This document shows, piece by piece, positions 1-9,676 of a stretch of 64,000 bases of DNA. The notes beneath the pieces are model-generated. The model saw nothing but the letters and a program-made list of their open reading frames with translations. It was not told the DNA's origin and ran no database searches. The first letter of the stretch is position 1, and each line of letters opens with the position of its first letter. Origin of the DNA: an uncultured bacterium (lineage in GTDB: Bacteria; Bacteroidota; Ignavibacteria; Kapaibacteriales; UBA2268); assembly GCA_942493235.1 (NCBI GenBank), contig OW818676.1:4151820-4215819 (forward strand). Reading direction: 5' to 3'. A program made the position numbers and the translations under genes.

Positions 1-1
1 T

Positions 2-127
2 AGCGTTTTTGGAATTGAAGCTATTAGAATCGAAACTGATGGTAAAGGACAGACTGAACCAATTGAGGATAATTCAACAGCTCAAGGCAAAGCTTCTAAC
101 CGCAGAGTAGAATTTATCAAGTTGTAA
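2..127 (+). CDS. 3' end of OmpA/MotB-family C-terminal domain protein (partial, start outside window)
   Basis: Reading frame translates ...SVFGIEAIRIETDGKGQTEPIEDNSTAQGKASNRRVEFIKL*, which ends in the NRRVEF motif typical of OmpA C-terminal peptidoglycan-binding domains; stop TAA at 125-127. Confidence 0.55.
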   Translation, partial: SVFGIEAIRIETDGKGQTEPIEDNSTAQGKASNRRVEFIKL

Positions 128-148
128 TTTTTAAAAAATCAATATAAA

Positions 149-186
149 AACCTAAGCACATGTTTGTTATGTACTTAGGTTTTTAT
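149..186. terminator. Hairpin plus T-run between convergent OmpA-like gene and first lipoprotein paralog; likely bidirectional intrinsic terminator
   Basis: cctaagcacat...atgtacttagg inverted repeat at ~151-179 followed by ttttt. Confidence 0.45.
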
Positions 187-242
187 GTATCGATTTATAA
201 ACGGTTGCCTTAATAGCATATATTAATTATATAAGCATTTAA

Positions 243-686
243 TCACTTAGCTCTTACATACCAATGAGCTTGCCCGTCAACGCAGTCATCATCGAGAATC
301 AATGTGTCCGCCTTAAACTCAACTGTACCTCTGATTCCATAACCTTCTCTGACTTTATTATTAATTAATAGAAACATCATAGAATCATTTACAATATAGC
401 TGAATGCTTTTTTATATGAATAATTTAAGGTGTCAATAGTGCGATGTGTACTGTAAATTCTGTCTGAAATGACTGTCGAATCAAAAAATGTATAATATAA
501 ATTATACCCTTCGCTACTCGGTGTCCCTATATAAGCAGCGTAAATTCCTCCGGTAGTTTTGACCCATCTCCATTCACCGATTAGATCCTTACCGGTTTTT
601 TCTGAAACAGAGCCAGTACTGTCGCTACAAGAATAAAAGCATATCCCTAAAATCAAAAAAATAAAAAATGTAAAATATGTTTTCAT
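243..686 (-). CDS. Small exported lipoprotein, paralog 1 of 3 (tandem family)
   Basis: Signal peptide plus Cys (ICFYSCSDST); conserved motifs LIGEWRWVKTTGGI and DCVDGQAHWYVR shared with ORFs 910-1353 and 1450-1860. Confidence 0.6.
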   Translation of the reverse strand: MKTYFTFFIFLILGICFYSCSDSTGSVSEKTGKDLIGEWRWVKTTGGIYAAYIGTPSSEGYNLYYTFFDSTVISDRIYSTHRTIDTLNYSYKKAFSYIVNDSMMFLLINNKVREGYGIRGTVEFKADTLILDDDCVDGQAHWYVRAK

Positions 687-909
687 AACTCTCCTATTTA
701 GCTAATTAAAAATCCAATTATTATATAAAACGTATTAAAATAACGATAGTTACAAAATAAACATATAGCTAACAATATAAGTTCGTTTCAAAAACCATTG
801 ATTTATGTTTTTATAAAATTCCAATCATTCGCAATGCCTATATCCCAACACTGAAGCAGGGATTGAATAAAAAATGAATCAAAATACTGTACTTATGCAA
901 AAGTCTTCT

Positions 910-1353
910 TTATCTTACTCTTACATACCAATGAGCTTGCCCATCAACGCAGTCTTCACCAAGAATCAATGTATCCACCTTAAACTCGACTACCGAACGT
1001 AATTTATAGTCAGCTCCCGGGTCAAACGGAAATCGGTACTCTATCCAAAACATATTAACAGAATCTTTACTTAAATAGCTAAGGTCTTTCCTATAAATAT
1101 ATTTAGAAGTATCGGTAATTACTCCGTTCTTCTTTGATATCAGCAGAGTGTCTATGAAGATATAATTCAAATTATATCCAGCTTTTTCGGGTGTTAATAA
1201 ATAATTACCGTCGATTCCTCCGGTAGTTTTAACCCATCTCCACTCACCGATAAGACTTTCACTGTAATTGTCTTTTGACGATGTACTGTCGCTACAAGAA
1301 TATAAGCATATCCCTGCTATCAGTATTATACAAAATGTAAAATATTTTTTCAT
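910..1353 (-). CDS. Small exported lipoprotein, paralog 2 of 3
   Basis: Same N-terminal signal/lipobox and N- and C-terminal motifs as 243-686; central region diverged. Confidence 0.6.
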   Translation of the reverse strand: MKKYFTFCIILIAGICLYSCSDSTSSKDNYSESLIGEWRWVKTTGGIDGNYLLTPEKAGYNLNYIFIDTLLISKKNGVITDTSKYIYRKDLSYLSKDSVNMFWIEYRFPFDPGADYKLRSVVEFKVDTLILGEDCVDGQAHWYVRVR

Positions 1354-1449
1354 AACTCTCCCTTATGACTATACTAAAACAATTATAAATGTCTTTGATG
1401 TTTATATAAAACTACGTATAATGGTGCATATTAATTATTTCGAATTACA

Positions 1450-1860
1450 TCAGTTACGAACATAAAAATGAGTCTGGCCGTCAACGTTATCTTCATGTAA
1501 AATCACAGTATCTTTGATGAAAGTTACAATAGTCGGTATTCCATAATGAGGTGTTTCGCGGAATTTATAACAGATTAACAACAAATTAGTAGAATCTTTT
1601 GTATAAGTATAGTTTAGTGTATCGGTAGCAATATCATCCTTTTTAATGATAAGAAGCGAATCACTAAATATATAATACTCATTATGCCCCACACTGCTTG
1701 GAGTGATTACGGAGCCTGCAATTCCTCCGGTAGTTTTAAGCCATCTCCACTCACCGATTAGACTTTCACTGTAATTATCATTTGACGATGTACTGTCGCT
1801 ACAAGAATAAAAGCATATCCCTGCTATCAGTATAATACAAAATGTAAAATATTTTTTCAT
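1450..1860 (-). CDS. Small exported lipoprotein, paralog 3 of 3
   Basis: Same family; its upstream non-coding region (1861-2045) is ~85% identical by eye to that upstream of paralog 1 (700-870). Confidence 0.6.
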   Translation of the reverse strand: MKKYFTFCIILIAGICFYSCSDSTSSNDNYSESLIGEWRWLKTTGGIAGSVITPSSVGHNEYYIFSDSLLIIKKDDIATDTLNYTYTKDSTNLLLICYKFRETPHYGIPTIVTFIKDTVILHEDNVDGQTHFYVRN

Positions 1861-2206
1861 AACTCTCCCTTATAGCTAATAATAAAACTAATTACCATAT
1901 AAAACGTTTTAAAATAATGATAGTTACAAAGTGAACATATAGCAAACAGTGATAGTTCGTTTCATAAACAATTGATTTATGTTTTATTAAATATCCAATT
2001 ATTGGCAATGCCTATGTCCCAGCTCTGAAGAGCCTGTGTAAATATTATTCTGCGGCAAAATTCTTACGATTTCTATATGCAAAAGAAGTCCCTTGAAAAG
2101 CTAATTACGATAAATCACAATATTTTCCATCAATTAATAATATTTACTATTGAAATTTTAAATTTAATTCTTATATTTGATAGATTGATAAAAGGGACAA
2201 ACTCGT

Positions 2207-5200
2207 ATGAGAATTTTATTAGTAGAAGACAACAAGATTTTAGCAAGTGTAACGCGTGAATATTTAAAATCTGCGGGATATGAAGTATTTTTAGCTGCGG
2301 ACTCTGTTGCATGCTTAAAACTTCTCAATGATGATGAATTTGACCTTATAGTTTTAGAAGTTGTCTTGCCGGACAGATCCGGAATAGATTTATGTAAAGA
2401 AATCAAATCTAAAGATAGTTTTCAAGACATACCTATTATATTTTTATCCTCTCTTACTAATAAAGATGCCTTAGTCGATGGATTAAATGCCGGGGGCAAA
2501 GACTTCATTACAAAGCCATTTAATAAAGAAGAGTTGCTGGCGAGAGTAAAAGTCAACATAGACCTAAAGTTGTCTAATGATTTAATAAAGAAGCAGAATG
2601 AATTGCTACGCAGGGAAATAGAATCAAGAAAGCAGGCAGAGCAAAGCCTAAAAATTTCCGAATCTGTATATCAGGCAGTTGTTGAAGACCAAATAGAAAT
2701 GATATGCAGAATTAAACCTGATGGAACTATAATATTTGTTAATAACGCATTCTGTAATTATTTCGAGTTCTCCAAGCAGGATATAATTAATAATAACCTA
2801 TTTGATATTTTGGTCGATGACGACAGAAAAATCAGATATAAAAATGTATTGCAATTGGGAAATTCAGAGACTCTTAATCATGAGGATTATTTCTATGATA
2901 AAGAAGGCAATATAAAATGGTACAACTGGAATTTAAGAGCTATACGTGATACTTCGGGTATGCTAAAAGAAATCCAAGGCGTAGGTGCCGATATTACCGA
3001 AAAGAAAAAAATCATCGAAGAGCTTAACGAGCTTAGCCTTTTCAATTATAGTATAATAGATAATGCGGGAGAAGGTATAGCGGTACTTGATAGAAATTTC
3101 AAATTTCAAACTTGGAATAAAGCCATGGAAATCATGAGCGAATTCCGTGCTGATGAAGTAATTGGAATTGACTGCCGAATCCTATTCCCTAATATAATAG
3201 AAAAATTCGGCAAAGATATTGATATTGCTTTTACCGGACAACAGGTTAAAACTACGGTTTATCAATTAACATTAACAAAATCTCAAGATAACTTGTGGGT
3301 TAGCGGAAATTTTGTACCGCATATAAATAAATATGGAGATATAATCGGCTTAATCGCGGTGTTTAGCAATCATACCGAAAAAGTTATTAAAGAAAATCAG
3401 CTTAAAGAAAGTCAAATCAGATTGGCAACTTTGATTGACTCTCTACCTTTTGATTTTTGGGCATTAGATAATGATTGGAATTATATATTACAAAACAAAT
3501 CCTGCATTGATAATTGGAAAGACGTAAAAGGTAGGAATTTTCACGAACTTGATGATTACGATGGATTAAAAGATATTTGGTATGCTAATAATCTAAAAGC
3601 TTTCTCCGGTATATCTGTTGAAGAGCATTATACTTTAAATAACGCAGGTAATGATTTACACAAGAAATCAGTTATTTCTCCGGTGATAATAGATGAAGAA
3701 ATTAAAGGTATTATCGGAACAGAAATCGATATAACCGAGATAATTAATTATCAAAATGCCCTTAAAGAATCCGAAAGTAAATATAGGCTTCTTTTTGATA
3801 ATATGCTAGATGCTTTTACTATTAATGAAATTATTTATAACAGCGAAGGTAAACCAATCGATTATATGGTTACCGAGTATAATAAATCATATCTGAAGCT
3901 GTCCGGATTTAGCGAGGAGCAAGTAAAATCGCTCAGCTCAAGTGAAAGGTCTAAAGAGCATTTTCATGAATTTTTTGATAAAATAGAATTTTCGTACCAT
4001 TCAGGGAAATCACAGAAATTTGAGTTTTACTCTGAATTGTACTGCAAGTATTTATCATTAAGTATTTATTTTCACTCTGATAATAAATTTGCTCTAATAT
4101 TTGATGATATTAGTGAAAGAAAAATCGCCGAAGTTAAGCTTAAAGAAAGCGAAGAACAGTTCAGGCAGCTGACTGAAAATATTGATGAAGTAATTTGGTT
4201 AAGAAATAAAGAATCAATACTCTATATCAGCAGCTCCTCGAAAAAATTATTTAATATAGACAGTAATGAACTAATTAGCAATACGAACCTATTTTATGAC
4301 TGCATTCATCATGAATACCTTGAGTTAGTAAAAAGTAAACTTTACGGTAAGGAATATTTAGAAGAAGGCAAGTTGAATATTGAATTCAAAGTTGTTATTG
4401 ATAACAAAGAAAAATGGTTCTGGTGCCGCTCATTCCCTATATTCGATGAAAATTCAAATTTAATTAAAATAGCCGGTATAGTAGAAGATATTACAGATAT
4501 TAAAGCAAGTGAAGAAATAATCAGAAAAGCTAATCTGGTAATAGAAAAAAGTAACACTGTAATAATTATTTGGGAAGACTTGCTGAATCTTAAACCGCAG
4601 TATATCTCGGAAAGTATTCGTCATTACGGTTATAATGCCAAAGACTTTATTGAAGGCACTTTAGATTTCGAATCAATTATTTATAAAGAAGATATTGAGA
4701 AAGTCAGAAATACAATTACGGAAAACCGACTTAATAGCAAAACGCATTATTCGATAGACTGTAGGCACCTTACTTTTAATAAAGAAATCAAATGGATGGA
4801 AATCAGAATCACTGATAAACAAACTTCCGGTACTACTTATTATAGCGAATCAATTTCAATTGACATCAGTGATAGAAAGAAAGCCGAAGAGAAGCTCTAT
4901 GACTCTGAAAACCGTTGGCAATTTGCTGTCGAAAGTTCCGGAGACGGGCTCTGGGAATGGGATGTCCACTCGGGTGAGTTCCTTATTAGTAATAATCTTC
5001 ATAGTATTATGGAGATGAATATTTATGAAAATATTTTTTCAATAAATGAATGGGAAACAAAAATTCATCCCGATGATTTAAGTGAATTTGCGACAAGTAT
5101 CGAGTATCATTTCAAAGGAGATTACCCACAAATCTACCTTGAGCACCGACTTAAATGTTCGACCGGCGTTTATAAATGGGTTCTGGACAGGGCAAAGATT

Positions 5201-8200
5201 TTAACTAAAGATTTAAATGGCGACCCGTTGAAAGTAATCGGCACTATTACTGATATTTCAAAAAGAAAAAACATAGAGATTAATCTTTTTGATACTTCGG
5301 AACGCTTAAAATTGGCAAAAAATGCCGCAAATATGGGTATTTTTGACTTAGATTGTAAAAATAATATTTTAATTTGGGATGAAGAGCTTTTTGAGATTTT
5401 CGGTGTTAAATCGTCGGATTATAAAAATGCAAGAGAAGCATTTGATACGTTAATCTATTCCGATGATGTTAAAATGATAGATGAAGCTACATCGTTACCT
5501 AATTTAACATCAAATAAAATCGAATTGGAATTTGGATATAGAAAAGGAAATAATCAGCACTGCATAATGAAGTCCATTTCTGACGTAATTTTTGATGAAT
5601 TTGGTGAACCATCGAGAATTATCGGTGTTAATTATGATATTACCGAATCTAAGAAAAGTGAAAAAGAAATTGTAGAGGTTCGTTCGCTTTTAGAAGCAAC
5701 TTTTGAACAGAATCCTGCTCCTATGGTTTTGGTTGAATATCCGAGCATGTTTGTAAGAATAGCAAATTCCGCATTTATTGATTTTTATAACATCGATAAA
5801 GAGATTATTCCTAATAAAATGTCAATCATAGAGCTTAGATCTTATTGGCAGGAATTTTTGCCAAACGGAGTAATGCTCTCTCCGTATCAGACTCCACTTA
5901 CCCAATCCCTTAAAGGAAATCGGATAAAAAATGAAGAATACTATATTAAATGTAAAGACGGATCTGTAAAATGGGAATTGGTCAATTCTGCCCCTATTTT
6001 CAATTCAGCAGGTGAGCTGATAGCAGCATTTGCGGTAGTTAATGATATTACTAATATTAAATCTGCTCAAGAAAAAATCAAACAAAGTGAAGATAAATTC
6101 AGGTTTATTACTGAAAATTTGATTGATGTAATTTGGCAAACCGATATAGATTTAAATTACACATATTTAAGTCCTTCTATTTCTAATTATTCAAATCAAT
6201 CTCCGAGCGATATGATTGGCAAAAGCATTTTAGAAAATATTTTACCCAAATATCATCAATTAATTATAGAAAAGCATAAAGAAAGTATTGTTAATATTGA
6301 AAATAAGAAACAGCCGGAATCAGATACCATTGAATGCGAAAGCTATTTACCAGATGAGACTTCAATCTGGAGTGAAATCACATATACCGCGTTAATTGAT
6401 TCCAACTTTGAGCTTATCGGATACCAAGGTATTACTCGCGATATAACAAAAAGGAAACTTACCGAATTAGCTGTGATTGAATCCGAAAAAAGATTTAGAA
6501 CCTTAATTACTTCGTCACCCGACTCTATTTTTATAACCGATTTGTCTGGACTAATTAAGTTTAGTTCCTTGGCAGGCTCAAATTTATTCGGTTATGACAC
6601 TAAGAGTTTTGCCGAGAAATCAATTACTAATTTACTTGATAAAACGGATGTTAATCATTTCAACTATTCAATTAATAAACTGATTGAAGGCAAATATCCT
6701 CAACCCGAGACATTTGTAGCACACAAGGCAGACGGCTCGAAAATATTTATTGAAATCAATTTTAGTTTATTGAAAAATTCAGCAGAGCTACCGGAAGAAA
6801 TTATATTCATTATCAGAGATATTACCGAGCGAAAAAAAATCGAGTTCCAATTGACAGAAGCTAAAAACAAAGCTGAAGAAGCCAACAGAACCAAATCTGA
6901 GTTTATTGCAAATATCAGCCATGAAATTCGCACACCACTTAATGCAATTATCGGATATGCCGATATTTTAAAAGCTAATATTGTCGAATATGAGCAAAAA
7001 GAATATATAAAAGGAATAGTAAGAGGCAGTAAAAACCTATTGGCAATTATTAATGATATTCTTGACCTTTCAAAAATTGATTCCGGGCATATTGAAATTA
7101 ATTATTCTCCCGTAAATATTAATTATATTATTAATGACATTAGGCAGATGTTTTCTCTGAAAAGTAAAGAGAAAAACCTCGAATTCATTTTTGAGACTAA
7201 TCCTGAATTACCTAAAATAATTCTTACCGATGAAGTTCGATTGAGGCAGATATTGATTAATTTAGTCGGCAATGCATTTAAATTTACTAATAAAGGATTT
7301 GTCAAGCTACAGGTCGATTTTGTCGCTTTTGAAGGCAGAATAGATTTGGTCTTTCATATTATTGACTCGGGAATTGGCATTCCACCAAGCCAGCAAAAAA
7401 TTATTTTTGAACCTTTTAGGCAGCAGCAGGGTCAGAGTACACGTAAATTCGCCGGCACTGGCTTAGGGCTAACTATCTCGGACAAATTAGCAAAATCTAT
7501 GAATGGGAATATTTTATTAGTAAGTTCTCAAGGCAAAGGAGCAAAATTTACTCTTGAACTTAAAAATGTAAAAATTCCTGAAAATTACGAATACAATAGA
7601 ATTACAGAATCTAATATTGATATATTCGATAATAAAAGGATAGTACTAATTTCATCAGATATTATTTTAAGCACTATCATTTCGGATTATTTTTATACTA
7701 CTAACTGTGCATTCGAGATTTTCACAGATTCTGAAAAAGCTAAGCTTGAAGCTAACAGAAATTTAGCTGATGCTATTATTATTGATTTTGATAATTTAAG
7801 CCAAATAGAAATAGATAATTTAGCTCACTTAGCTAAGACAGGTTTTTTAAAAGAGCAATGCCTATTGGCTATTAGTAAAGATAACAAGATTCCTGTCAAT
7901 TCGGATATTAATTTTAATGAAGTTTTTATCAAACCGGTCGATATTGGTTTGTTGTCTGATTCGTTAACTAATTATTTGAAATTTATCAATATAAATGTCG
8001 AATCGATGGATGACAAAATCGAGCAATTAATCGATTTAATTATTCTAAAAACAGATTTTAAAAAATTGGGACAGCTCTCTCCAAATATTTCATCGGAGTG
8101 GAGGAAAATCAAAAAACTAATGGATATTGATGAAATAAATCGATTTGCTGAAAGTCTTATACTGACATCAGAAAGCATGGCTAACACATATTTAAAAATA

Positions 8201-8320
8201 TATGCTGAAGTATTAAGGCATCAAGTTTCTGAATTCCAATTAGATACAATGAATAATACATTTAATTCGTTCTATAAGATAGTAGATTATATAAGTAATT
8301 CAGGATTTCACAATGAATAA
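2207..8320 (+). CDS. Giant hybrid sensor histidine kinase: N-terminal receiver, many PAS/PAC domains, HisKA, HATPase_c, C-terminal pseudo-receiver/unknown region
   Basis: N-terminus MRILLVEDN...DLIVLEVVLPDRSG is a receiver; repeated PAS-like blocks across ~1500 aa; H-box SEFIANISHEIRTPLNAIIGYADIL; G-boxes GTGLGLTIS; 2037 codons open. Confidence 0.85.
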   Translation: MRILLVEDNKILASVTREYLKSAGYEVFLAADSVACLKLLNDDEFDLIVLEVVLPDRSGIDLCKEIKSKDSFQDIPIIFLSSLTNKDALVDGLNAGGKDFITKPFNKEELLARVKVNIDLKLSNDLIKKQNELLRREIESRKQAEQSLKISESVYQAVVEDQIEMICRIKPDGTIIFVNNAFCNYFEFSKQDIINNNLFDILVDDDRKIRYKNVLQLGNSETLNHEDYFYDKEGNIKWYNWNLRAIRDTSGMLKEIQGVGADITEKKKIIEELNELSLFNYSIIDNAGEGIAVLDRNFKFQTWNKAMEIMSEFRADEVIGIDCRILFPNIIEKFGKDIDIAFTGQQVKTTVYQLTLTKSQDNLWVSGNFVPHINKYGDIIGLIAVFSNHTEKVIKENQLKESQIRLATLIDSLPFDFWALDNDWNYILQNKSCIDNWKDVKGRNFHELDDYDGLKDIWYANNLKAFSGISVEEHYTLNNAGNDLHKKSVISPVIIDEEIKGIIGTEIDITEIINYQNALKESESKYRLLFDNMLDAFTINEIIYNSEGKPIDYMVTEYNKSYLKLSGFSEEQVKSLSSSERSKEHFHEFFDKIEFSYHSGKSQKFEFYSELYCKYLSLSIYFHSDNKFALIFDDISERKIAEVKLKESEEQFRQLTENIDEVIWLRNKESILYISSSSKKLFNIDSNELISNTNLFYDCIHHEYLELVKSKLYGKEYLEEGKLNIEFKVVIDNKEKWFWCRSFPIFDENSNLIKIAGIVEDITDIKASEEIIRKANLVIEKSNTVIIIWEDLLNLKPQYISESIRHYGYNAKDFIEGTLDFESIIYKEDIEKVRNTITENRLNSKTHYSIDCRHLTFNKEIKWMEIRITDKQTSGTTYYSESISIDISDRKKAEEKLYDSENRWQFAVESSGDGLWEWDVHSGEFLISNNLHSIMEMNIYENIFSINEWETKIHPDDLSEFATSIEYHFKGDYPQIYLEHRLKCSTGVYKWVLDRAKILTKDLNGDPLKVIGTITDISKRKNIEINLFDTSERLKLAKNAANMGIFDLDCKNNILIWDEELFEIFGVKSSDYKNAREAFDTLIYSDDVKMIDEATSLPNLTSNKIELEFGYRKGNNQHCIMKSISDVIFDEFGEPSRIIGVNYDITESKKSEKEIVEVRSLLEATFEQNPAPMVLVEYPSMFVRIANSAFIDFYNIDKEIIPNKMSIIELRSYWQEFLPNGVMLSPYQTPLTQSLKGNRIKNEEYYIKCKDGSVKWELVNSAPIFNSAGELIAAFAVVNDITNIKSAQEKIKQSEDKFRFITENLIDVIWQTDIDLNYTYLSPSISNYSNQSPSDMIGKSILENILPKYHQLIIEKHKESIVNIENKKQPESDTIECESYLPDETSIWSEITYTALIDSNFELIGYQGITRDITKRKLTELAVIESEKRFRTLITSSPDSIFITDLSGLIKFSSLAGSNLFGYDTKSFAEKSITNLLDKTDVNHFNYSINKLIEGKYPQPETFVAHKADGSKIFIEINFSLLKNSAELPEEIIFIIRDITERKKIEFQLTEAKNKAEEANRTKSEFIANISHEIRTPLNAIIGYADILKANIVEYEQKEYIKGIVRGSKNLLAIINDILDLSKIDSGHIEINYSPVNINYIINDIRQMFSLKSKEKNLEFIFETNPELPKIILTDEVRLRQILINLVGNAFKFTNKGFVKLQVDFVAFEGRIDLVFHIIDSGIGIPPSQQKIIFEPFRQQQGQSTRKFAGTGLGLTISDKLAKSMNGNILLVSSQGKGAKFTLELKNVKIPENYEYNRITESNIDIFDNKRIVLISSDIILSTIISDYFYTTNCAFEIFTDSEKAKLEANRNLADAIIIDFDNLSQIEIDNLAHLAKTGFLKEQCLLAISKDNKIPVNSDINFNEVFIKPVDIGLLSDSLTNYLKFININVESMDDKIEQLIDLIILKTDFKKLGQLSPNISSEWRKIKKLMDIDEINRFAESLILTSESMANTYLKIYAEVLRHQVSEFQLDTMNNTFNSFYKIVDYISNSGFHNE

Positions 8321-9437
8321 AATAAGTTTTGAAGGATTAGAAAACTCAAAATTGTTGATTGTTGATGATATTATAGATAACATTCGAATAATCGCAAGTT
8401 TACTTAAATCAAAAGGCATTCTGGTAACTCCGGCTACAAGTGGGGAGCAGGCTTTAGGCCTGTCTGTTGCTAAAAAACCCGATCTAATCCTATTAGATGT
8501 GCAAATGCCCGAAATGGACGGTTTTGAAGTTTGTAAGAAGCTAAAGGAAAATCCATTAACTAAAAATATCCCTGTTATATTTTTAACAGCAAGAACAGAA
8601 ACCGAAGATATCATGAAGGGATTTAATCTCGGAGCTATTGATTACATAACTAAACCAATCAATTCCGATGAAGTAATGGCAAGAATTAAAACTCATCTTG
8701 AGTTAAAAAAATCAAAAGATATAATCAACGAGCAAAATATTAATTTAAGTGAGCTTAATGCAACTAAAGATAAATTCTTTTCTATAATTGCTCATGATTT
8801 GAAAAATCCTATTTCAAATTTCAGAGATTTAACTAAAGTCTTAGTCGAAAACTTCGGTTCCTTGTCAGATTCTGATAAGGTGGAATACTTGACTATGATG
8901 AATAAATCATCAGAAAGGCTGTTTTCTCTTTTAGAAAATTTGCTTGAATGGTCTCGTTCTCAGAGAGGCTTGATTCAGTTCAGCCCCATTCAGTTAGATC
9001 TTAACTATATTATTGATAATATTATTTCGTTGATGACTCCTCTGGCTCAAAAAAAGGAGATAAGCTTAGTTAAAAATATTAACAGCAATATTAATATTGT
9101 TGCAGATGTTAATATGCTCAATACTGTAATTCGTAATATAGTTTCAAATTCAATTAAATTTACAGAGACTAATGGCAATATTACTGTAGGAGCTAAAAAT
9201 TTCGATAATTATATAGAAGTATTTATAGAGGATAGCGGAATAGGCATCAGTCCCGAAAATATCAGCAAATTGTTTCATATTGATTCTAATATTTCTACTT
9301 TAGGTACTTCAAACGAAAAAGGTACAGGCATAGGGCTAATTCTCTGTAAAGAATTTATCGAAAAGCATAACGGAAAAATCTGGGTAGAAAGTGAAGTGGG
9401 AAAAGGAACTAAATTTACTTTTGTTATTCCTAAATAA
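8313..9437 (+). CDS. Receiver-histidine kinase hybrid (REC-HisKA-HATPase)
   Basis: KLLIVDDI...DLILLDVQMPEMDGFEV receiver; H-box FFSIIAHDLKNPISNF; G2 box GTGIGLILCKEF; start overlaps upstream gene by 8 nt (ATGAATAA). Confidence 0.85.
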   Translation: MNKISFEGLENSKLLIVDDIIDNIRIIASLLKSKGILVTPATSGEQALGLSVAKKPDLILLDVQMPEMDGFEVCKKLKENPLTKNIPVIFLTARTETEDIMKGFNLGAIDYITKPINSDEVMARIKTHLELKKSKDIINEQNINLSELNATKDKFFSIIAHDLKNPISNFRDLTKVLVENFGSLSDSDKVEYLTMMNKSSERLFSLLENLLEWSRSQRGLIQFSPIQLDLNYIIDNIISLMTPLAQKKEISLVKNINSNINIVADVNMLNTVIRNIVSNSIKFTETNGNITVGAKNFDNYIEVFIEDSGIGISPENISKLFHIDSNISTLGTSNEKGTGIGLILCKEFIEKHNGKIWVESEVGKGTKFTFVIPK

Positions 9438-9676
9438 ATTCCAAATAACAATATAGAGGTAATTATATAATTTTAAAAATAGTCATTTTGTGGTGCCTTT
9501 ACAGTTTCGTGTAATTGTAAAGGTGATGATATATTTTTAATATAGAGCTTTTGCAACTTACCTTGATTTTAAATACTTTCTTGATTTCAAAACATTTCTT
9601 GACTTTATAATAAATATTTTGTATTTTGTTGTGATTTTTTAAATACGATATATTCTTCTTGTAAAGGTAGGAAATT

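Noticed and set aside
2077-2406. Three small overlapping ORFs upstream of the giant kinase gene
   Set aside because: They overlap each other and the promoter/5' end of the 2037-aa gene; AT-rich low-complexity translation.
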